DNA from: Methylophaga frappieri
GTDB lineage: Bacteria; Pseudomonadota; Gammaproteobacteria; Nitrosococcales; Methylophagaceae
DNA length: 32,000 nucleotides
Assembly (NCBI RefSeq): GCF_000260965.1
Contig: NC_017856.1
Location: 2,070,001-2,102,000, forward strand
Reading direction: 5' to 3'
This document shows, piece by piece, positions 24,908-32,000 of the stretch. Both the position numbers and the translations under genes were made by a program. The notes under the pieces were generated by a model that made no database searches, was not told the DNA's origin, and saw nothing but the letters and a program-made list of their open reading frames with translations. How positions within the stretch are numbered: the stretch's first letter is position 1; every line of letters begins with the position of its first letter.

Positions 24908-24936
24908 ATCATACACTAACACTGACGCGATGGGAA
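24908..24936 (-). promoter_or_regulatory. Candidate tRNA-Leu promoter (TTCCCA - 17 nt - TATGAT) with a GC-rich discriminator
   Basis: On the minus strand, TTCCCA (24936-24931), a 17-nt spacer and TATGAT (24913-24908). CCGCCCC follows directly before the mature tRNA 5' end at 24895, as in stringently controlled stable-RNA promoters. Confidence 0.4.
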
Positions 24937-25103
24937 TTTGCCGAGTGTAATTTTATTGTTTTTTGATTGTGAGGCTATGCTGATCACGCCGATTTATTTA
25001 TGCTGAAAACGGTGTTTTTTGCATTCATTGCAATTGTATTCAGGCTTTGGTTATGACTAGCGCTGCGGTATCATAAGCGGCTTTCCGGAAAGTGGTTCAG
25101 GCA

Positions 25104-26396
25104 ATGAAAATATTGGTAATTGGTAATGGTGGTCGTGAGCATGCGCTGGCCTGGAAGCTGAGTCAGTCGGCGCAATGCGAAACTGTATTTGTGGCGCCGG
25201 GTAATCCGGGCACTGCCGCAGAGCCGGGTATTCAAAATGTGCCGATTGCCGTTGATGGCATTTCAGACTTAGTGGCTTTTGCTCAACAAGAAGCGATTGA
25301 TCTGACGGTCGTTGGGCCTGAGCTCCCCTTGGTTGCCGGTGTTGTTGATGCATTTCAAAATGCGAATTTGCGCTGTTTTGGGCCAACACAAGCGGCAGCA
25401 CAGCTTGAAGCCTCAAAGAGTTTTACCAAAGATTTTTTGGCCCGTCATCATATTCCAACGGCATCCTATCAGGTGTTTACAGAGGTGCATTCCGCGACAA
25501 AATATATTGAAACGCAAGGCGCCCCAATTGTTGTGAAAGCGGATGGCTTAGCGGCTGGCAAAGGGGTGATTGTTGCGCAAACGGAAGCAGAGGCAATCGC
25601 GGCTGTTGAAGATATGTTGTCAGGGAACAAATTTGGTGAGGCCGGCAGCCGTGTTGTGATTGAAGATTTCATGACTGGGGAAGAGGCCAGTTTTATTGTT
25701 ATGGTGGATGGCAACAATGTTTTACCTCTTGCCACCTCACAGGATCACAAACCCCGGGATGATGGTGATAAAGGGCCAAATACCGGCGGGATGGGGGCTT
25801 ATTCTCCCGCTCCAGTCGTCACTGATGCGGTTTTTCAACGCATTATGGACGAAGTCATATATCCAACAGTGCGTGGTATGGCTGCTGATGGCCGACCTTA
25901 CACCGGGTTTTTATATGCTGGATTGATGATTGATAGTCTGGGTGCGCCGAAAGTCGTAGAGTTCAATTGCCGGTTTGGTGATCCAGAGACGCAGCCAATT
26001 ATGATGCGCCTAAAATCTGATCTGGCTATGTTGTGTTTAGCCGCGCTTGATAAGAAACTGGACACGGTTTCCGCTGAATGGGATGAGCGGGCTGCCATTG
26101 GAGTGGTGATGGCTGCTGGTGGATACCCGGATACTTATCGTAAAGGCGATGTGATAACCGGTCTGGATTTAGCTGCTGCAACCTCGGCCAAAGTGTTTCA
26201 TGCTGGTACACAGCAACAGGGGGGGGCGGTTGTCACGGCAGGAGGGCGTGTTTTGTGTGTCACAGCACTGGGCAAGTCTGTTTCCGAAGCACAGCATAAT
26301 GCCTATGACGCATTAGACATGATTCATTGGCAGGATGCGTATTTTCGTCGTGATATTGGTTATCGCGCGGTGGCAAGGGAGCAGCCGGATAATTAA
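25104..26396 (+). CDS. purD: Phosphoribosylamine--glycine ligase
   Basis: MKILVIGNGGREHALAWKL opening; ...VVKADGLAAGKGV...; GPNTGGMGAYSP; EFNCRFGDPE. ATG 25104 is preferred to GTG 25092. Confidence 0.9.
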   Translation: MKILVIGNGGREHALAWKLSQSAQCETVFVAPGNPGTAAEPGIQNVPIAVDGISDLVAFAQQEAIDLTVVGPELPLVAGVVDAFQNANLRCFGPTQAAAQLEASKSFTKDFLARHHIPTASYQVFTEVHSATKYIETQGAPIVVKADGLAAGKGVIVAQTEAEAIAAVEDMLSGNKFGEAGSRVVIEDFMTGEEASFIVMVDGNNVLPLATSQDHKPRDDGDKGPNTGGMGAYSPAPVVTDAVFQRIMDEVIYPTVRGMAADGRPYTGFLYAGLMIDSLGAPKVVEFNCRFGDPETQPIMMRLKSDLAMLCLAALDKKLDTVSAEWDERAAIGVVMAAGGYPDTYRKGDVITGLDLAAATSAKVFHAGTQQQGGAVVTAGGRVLCVTALGKSVSEAQHNAYDALDMIHWQDAYFRRDIGYRAVAREQPDN

Positions 26397-26420
26397 TTCG
26401 TCTGCTTGGGAGGTACGCGT

Positions 26421-27290
26421 ATGTCTGTTGCCCACCCGATCATTGCGGTAACCGGGTCTTCGGGGGCGGGCACGTCAACCGTTAAGCAAACCTTTGCCGA
26501 TATTTTTGCTCAGTTACATCTCGATGCTGTGATGATTCAAGGCGACAGTTTTCATCGCTACGACAGGCAATCGATGCAAGCGGCGGTCGAACATGCTGCA
26601 CAAGCCGGTTGGACATTGACCCATTTTGGTCCACAGGCCAATGATTTGGTGTCACTCGAAAGCTTGTTTGCCAATTATGCCGCATCGGGTCAAGGCCAGT
26701 ATCGACATTATGTCCATGATGCGGCAGAAGCAGCTCAACTCGGCTCACCGGTAGGCCAATTCACCTCATGGCAGTCTGTCCCACCAGCAACTGATTTACT
26801 GTTTTATGAAGGGCTTCATGGTGCGGCGGTAACCGATTTAGTGAATATCGCGCAGTTTGCTGATTTACTTATTGGTGTGGCGCCAGTAATTAATTTGGAG
26901 TGGGTACAAAAAATCCAGCGTGATTGTTTAAATCGTGGCTACTCACAACAGGATGTTGCTGACATTATTGAAAAACGCATGCCGGATTATATTCGCTATA
27001 TCACGCCGCAATTTTCTCGAACCCATATTAATTTTCAAAGGTTACCTTTGGTTGATACGGCCAATCCTTTTGCGGTGCCGGCTATTCCGGCTGCAGAAGA
27101 AAGTTTGTGTGTGATTGGCTTTCAAACCCCTCCGCTAGAGATGGGCTTGTACTTGTCAGCGATACCGTCTGCACGACAAACTTCTGCCAACTCGCTGGTG
27201 GTGCCGGGGCCACTGATGGCGGAAGCGATGCGGGTTATTATCATGCCGATAATTGAGAAAATGATTAAAAATAGGCGTGAAATGTCTTAA
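26421..27290 (+). CDS. prk: Phosphoribulokinase
   Basis: MSVAHPIIAVTGSSGAGTSTV P-loop opening and FHRYDR, ~290 aa, typical of bacterial class II PRK (PrkB/CbbP type). A GGGAGG SD sequence lies 8 nt upstream of ATG 26421. Confidence 0.8.
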   Translation: MSVAHPIIAVTGSSGAGTSTVKQTFADIFAQLHLDAVMIQGDSFHRYDRQSMQAAVEHAAQAGWTLTHFGPQANDLVSLESLFANYAASGQGQYRHYVHDAAEAAQLGSPVGQFTSWQSVPPATDLLFYEGLHGAAVTDLVNIAQFADLLIGVAPVINLEWVQKIQRDCLNRGYSQQDVADIIEKRMPDYIRYITPQFSRTHINFQRLPLVDTANPFAVPAIPAAEESLCVIGFQTPPLEMGLYLSAIPSARQTSANSLVVPGPLMAEAMRVIIMPIIEKMIKNRREMS

Positions 27291-27312
27291 AAAAAGATAA
27301 AAGGGCGCGATT

Positions 27313-28787
<1,475 letters not shown>

Positions 28788-28790
28788 TCT

Positions 28791-29879
28791 TTACTCGTCT
28801 TTAGCAAGCAGGGCCAGTTGATCAGCTTGGTATTCATTAATCAATGGCTCAATGACCTCTTCCAGACTACCCGCCATAATCTCATTAAGTTTGTACAGGG
28901 TCAGGTTGATGCGATGATCAGTTATTCGGCCTTGAGGGTAGTTATAGGTCCGAATACGTTCACTTCGGTCGCCGCTGCCAACTAAAAGCCGACGGGTTTC
29001 GGCTTGTTCTGATTGTTGTTTTTCAACTTGAGCCGCCATGATCCGGGATTGTAAAACAGACATGGCTTTGGCGCGGTTCTTGTGTTGCGAGCGTTCTTCC
29101 TGACATTCGACCACAATACCCGTCGGCAGATGAGTGATACGAATGGCGGAATCAGTGGTATTAACGTGCTGTCCACCGGCTCCCGAGGAGCGAAAAGTAT
29201 CCACTTTTAAATCAGCAGGGTTAATCGCGATTTCATCGATTTCATCGACTTCAGGCAAGATTGCCACGGTACAGGCAGAAGTATGAATACGGCCTTGTGA
29301 CTCGGTCTCCGGCACCCGTTGCACACGGTGGGCGCCGGATTCGAATTTCAGGCGGGAATAAGCGCCCTCACCGGCAATGCGGACGATAATTTCTTTGAAT
29401 CCGCCGTGTTCGCCTTCGGCTTTATTGAGAATTTCGACTTGCCAGCGGCGACGCTCGGCGTATCGACTGTACATTCTGAACAGGTCGCCAGAGAAAATAG
29501 CCGCCTCATCGCCGCCGGTGCCAGCGCGGATTTCAAGATAAATATTGCGATTATCGTTGGGATCTTTCGGAAGCAGTAGCTTTTGTAGATCCAGTTCCAG
29601 CTTTTCCTGGCGCTCTTCAGCGGCAGCAATTTCTTCACGCGCCATTTCTCGCAGATCCGCGTCTGCCTCCGACAACATGGCACCAGCTTCTTCAATATCC
29701 TGAATAACCTGACGATAGGTAGCAAAATTAGTGACCACCGGTTCCAGTTGCGCATACTCTTGGGACAGGGAGCGAAATTTGTTTTGGTCAGCCATGACCT
29801 CAGGATCGGCGAGCAGACCACTGATTTCTTCATGTCGTTCAGTTAAGGCTTCAAGCTTGTGGCGGATCGATTCTTTCAA
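28791..29879 (-). CDS. prfA: Peptide chain release factor 1
   Basis: [19 protein letters not shown] opening; PAT-region context ...[15 protein letters not shown]; [14 protein letters not shown] (GGQ). The start is TTG at 29879, one codon after the hemA TAA and in the same frame. Confidence 0.9.
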   Translation of the reverse strand: MKESIRHKLEALTERHEEISGLLADPEVMADQNKFRSLSQEYAQLEPVVTNFATYRQVIQDIEEAGAMLSEADADLREMAREEIAAAEERQEKLELDLQKLLLPKDPNDNRNIYLEIRAGTGGDEAAIFSGDLFRMYSRYAERRRWQVEILNKAEGEHGGFKEIIVRIAGEGAYSRLKFESGAHRVQRVPETESQGRIHTSACTVAILPEVDEIDEIAINPADLKVDTFRSSGAGGQHVNTTDSAIRITHLPTGIVVECQEERSQHKNRAKAMSVLQSRIMAAQVEKQQSEQAETRRLLVGSGDRSERIRTYNYPQGRITDHRINLTLYKLNEIMAGSLEEVIEPLINEYQADQLALLAKDE

Positions 29880-29882
29880 TGC

Positions 29883-31142
29883 TTAATCCTTGATATTAAA
29901 GAGTTGGCGTGCGGCCATGATCAGCAGATTTTCATCATCATTCTGAAAGGCGGATAAACGTAATTGTCGGCTGGGTTCATGAAGTAATTTGTTCGTCAGC
30001 GTTCGTGCTAATTCCGCCATCGCTTGTTCAGCAGGAACACCTTGCTGCACTTGTTTAAGTGCTTTATCAAGAACGCTGGCACTATGTTGCTGTGCTTCAT
30101 CGCGAATGGCTCGAATGACAGGGACAGCGTCCTGACTGCGCATCCAGCCAGCAAAGTGACTGACTTGGCTATCAATAATTTCTTCTGCTTGTCTCGCAGC
30201 ATCACGGCGTGACTGCAGATTTTCTTCGATAATATCGTGCAAATCATCGACGCAATACAGGTAAATATCTTCAAGCTGCCCGACTTCAGGCTCAATATCG
30301 CGTGGCACAGCAATATCGACCATGAAAATCGGTCGGCGTTTGCGTTGTTTCAATGCGCTCTCTACCATGCCTTTGCCCAAAATCGGTAACTGGCTGGCGG
30401 TAGAACTAATGACAATATCCGCTTCAGCAAGATGTGCCGGCATTTCACCTAAACTTATCGCATAGCCATTTACGTCGGCGGCTAAGTTGTGTGCCCGTTC
30501 TACTGATCGGTTGGCAATAATCATGCGTTTGATGCCATTGTCTTGGAGGTGGCGGGCCACCAGTTCAATAGTTTCTCCGGCGCCGATTAATAGCGCTGTG
30601 GCTTGCTTGAGGTTGCTGAATATTTGTTTGGAGAGACTAACTGCAGCAAAAGCTACCGAAACCGGACTGCTGCCAATCGCGGTATCTGTTCGGACTTGTT
30701 TGGCGACAGTAAAAGCATGTTGAAACAGTCTACCCAGCGATTTGCCTAAGGTTTGCGCATTTAAAGACTGCGTATAAGCGGTTTTTAATTGACCGAGAAT
30801 TTGCGGTTCACCCAGTACCATCGAGTCCAGGCCGGAAGCCACTCGATATAAATGCTGAACCGCATCGGTATCATGATATTGATAGTGACTATCTTTAACC
30901 GCTTCGTAAAGGCCACTGCGATATTGTTGCAACCATGTGCTGATGCCATTGTCATAGTCCTCGTCGACATGACAATACAGTTCAGTTCGATTGCAGGTAG
31001 AGATGATGACAACTTCATTAATATCGGCTTGCTGATGCAACGATGTTAATGCAGCAGGCAGCGCCTTATCGTCAAAACTGAACTGTTCGCGAAGTGCGAT
31101 GGGGGCTGTGGTATGGTTGATGCCGAAACAGATAAGATGCAT
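29883..31142 (-). CDS. hemA: Glutamyl-tRNA reductase
   Basis: MHLICFGINHTTAPIALRE, STCNRTELY, MVLGEPQILGQ, LLIGAGETIE. ATG 31142 is preferred to the TTG at 31157. Confidence 0.9.
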   Translation of the reverse strand: MHLICFGINHTTAPIALREQFSFDDKALPAALTSLHQQADINEVVIISTCNRTELYCHVDEDYDNGISTWLQQYRSGLYEAVKDSHYQYHDTDAVQHLYRVASGLDSMVLGEPQILGQLKTAYTQSLNAQTLGKSLGRLFQHAFTVAKQVRTDTAIGSSPVSVAFAAVSLSKQIFSNLKQATALLIGAGETIELVARHLQDNGIKRMIIANRSVERAHNLAADVNGYAISLGEMPAHLAEADIVISSTASQLPILGKGMVESALKQRKRRPIFMVDIAVPRDIEPEVGQLEDIYLYCVDDLHDIIEENLQSRRDAARQAEEIIDSQVSHFAGWMRSQDAVPVIRAIRDEAQQHSASVLDKALKQVQQGVPAEQAMAELARTLTNKLLHEPSRQLRLSAFQNDDENLLIMAARQLFNIKD

Positions 31143-31265
31143 AAGCAAGTATCGCAATTAAATGCTGGTAAACTCTACAGCCTCAGCCCGGAATATTGGG
31201 TGCATTATGTGTGATAAACCAAAATTAGCCATTCTATCAAACTCAATCACGCAGGTCGTTTTTAT

Positions 31266-32000
31266 ATGGATTTATTAGAACAGTTTTGGTTCGGTTTTCG
31301 CGGAGCATCGCGTCAAATGGTGTGGCTGGTCCTGCCTTTTGCGTTGTTTGCCTGTGCTGCCAAACCGACCCAGAGTGAAACCAATAAACAACCGGTTGCG
31401 GAGAAATCTGCGCCTGAAACACCCGATCAAGAAGCGGTTACCTATAAACCTCTGACACCAGAGCTGGTGTATTACATTCTGACGGCAGAAATTGCAGGTC
31501 AGCGTGGGGCGATTGGCATTGCCAGCGATATGTATGAACAGGCCGCCAATTCTGTTGACTCACCTTTGTTGGCTGATCGGGCAGCCCGGGTTGCTACATT
31601 TACCCGAGATCGTGCGCGTATTAATCGAGCGTTGTCACGCTGGAAAGAAGTCGATCCTAACGATGCGGATGTGCAGATCATGCAAATTCCGTTTTTAATT
31701 GATAATCAGCAGTATAGCGAAGCGATTGAGACTATGGATAAGGCGATTGCCTTGGCGCCGGAAAAGACCATCCCATATCTGGCAACTTTTGCTAAACAGC
31801 TAAGTGAAATGGAAGATGCTGAGACAGCGCTGCCAATGATGCGGTCTCTTCAGAGTTATCAGGAACAATCAGCAGATACCCGTTTTGCTTATGCGCGGCT
31901 TGCTGCGCATTACCGGGAATGGGCGTTGGCGCATGCTGAGCTTGATGCCTTGCTCGAGGAGCAACCGAAACACGAGCCATTTTTGACATTACAGTCTGAA
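31266..32000 (+). CDS. TPR-like lipoprotein, N-terminal 245 codons (runs off the window); occupies the position of the TPR gene that precedes lolB in pseudomonads
   Basis: I translated frame 3 by hand from ATG 31266 to base 32000 and found no stop: MDLLEQFWFGFRGASRQMVWLVLPFALFACAAKPTQSE... A LFAC lipobox follows a charged n-region, and helical Ala/Leu-rich repeats follow. It is not in the ORF track because it has no stop in the window. Confidence 0.7.
   Translation, partial: MDLLEQFWFGFRGASRQMVWLVLPFALFACAAKPTQSETNKQPVAEKSAPETPDQEAVTYKPLTPELVYYILTAEIAGQRGAIGIASDMYEQAANSVDSPLLADRAARVATFTRDRARINRALSRWKEVDPNDADVQIMQIPFLIDNQQYSEAIETMDKAIALAPEKTIPYLATFAKQLSEMEDAETALPMMRSLQSYQEQSADTRFAYARLAAHYREWALAHAELDALLEEQPKHEPFLTLQSE

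Noticed and set aside
24653-24922. 89-aa ORF (..ARVVKLVDTRDLKSLAFKSVPVRVRPRAP..)
   Set aside because: This is the translation of the tRNA-Leu gene and its terminator on the same strand, a known artefact of ORF calling over tRNA genes.
25005-25017. AAAACGGTGTTTT near-palindrome upstream of purD as a PurR box
   Set aside because: It has only 5-bp arms, does not match the 16-bp ACGCAAACGTTTGCGT-type consensus, and lies about 90 nt from the start. PurR-type control is also not expected outside enteric and vibrio lineages.
29348-29833. 161-aa same-strand, alternative-frame ORF inside prfA; similarly 30008-30313 and 30785-31018 inside hemA
   Set aside because: prfA and hemA are unambiguous in their own frames. 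The alternative-frame products have no recognisable features.
28791-29879. Programmed +1 frameshift in the release factor gene
   Set aside because: That mechanism belongs to prfB (RF2). This gene is RF1, and its frame is continuous from TTG 29879 to the stop.
31162-31278. 38-codon ORF (MLVNSTASARNIGCIMCDKPKLAILSNSITQVVFIWIY) in the hemA / TPR-gene divergent region
   Set aside because: It has no Shine-Dalgarno sequence, overlaps the start of the TPR lipoprotein gene in another frame, and sits where two divergent promoters are expected.

Overview
Densely coding chromosomal segment that looks gammaproteobacterial. Supporting this: hemA-prfA with a divergent TPR lipoprotein gene, a two-subunit pyruvate carboxylase with a divergent LysR gene, and a pseudomonad-type PqqA peptide. 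The taxon is an inference only. I can support 28 protein genes, 3 of them absent from or truncated in the ORF track, plus one tRNA-Leu(UAA). I saw no transposase, integrase, phage gene, CRISPR array or rRNA.

Layout:
- 1-2855: hybrid histidine kinase tail coupled to a REC-EAL-GAF-GGDEF protein.
- 2878-4242: glutathione reductase.
- 4342-4413: an untracked 23-codon orphan pqqA with its own promoter-like signals and terminator.
- 4595-7419: a PLD(2xHKD)-DedA/VTT fusion translationally coupled to an EEP-family hydrolase.
- 7505-11619: an Anbu proteasome-like protease converging, with 14 bp of overlap, on a circularly permuted ATP-grasp / alpha-E / Zn-ribbon HExxH peptidase operon.
- 11699-16020: pycAB plus a LysR gene.
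- 16017-18270: a Tat-signal aldo/keto reductase with a transporter.
- 18471-19334: an HDOD protein.
- 19393-22112: a copL-like/copA/copB copper island with a perfect 12-bp dyad upstream.
- 22316-23917: a Cache-GGDEF cyclase.
- 24061 onward: a membrane protein, tRNA-Leu, purD, prk, tsaC, hemF, prfA, hemA and the start of the TPR lipoprotein gene.

The best candidate for an uncharacterised system is the Anbu-associated peptide-ligase/peptidase module. The PLD-DedA+EEP lipid module and the orphan pqqA come next. All family calls come from reading motifs by eye; no searches were run.
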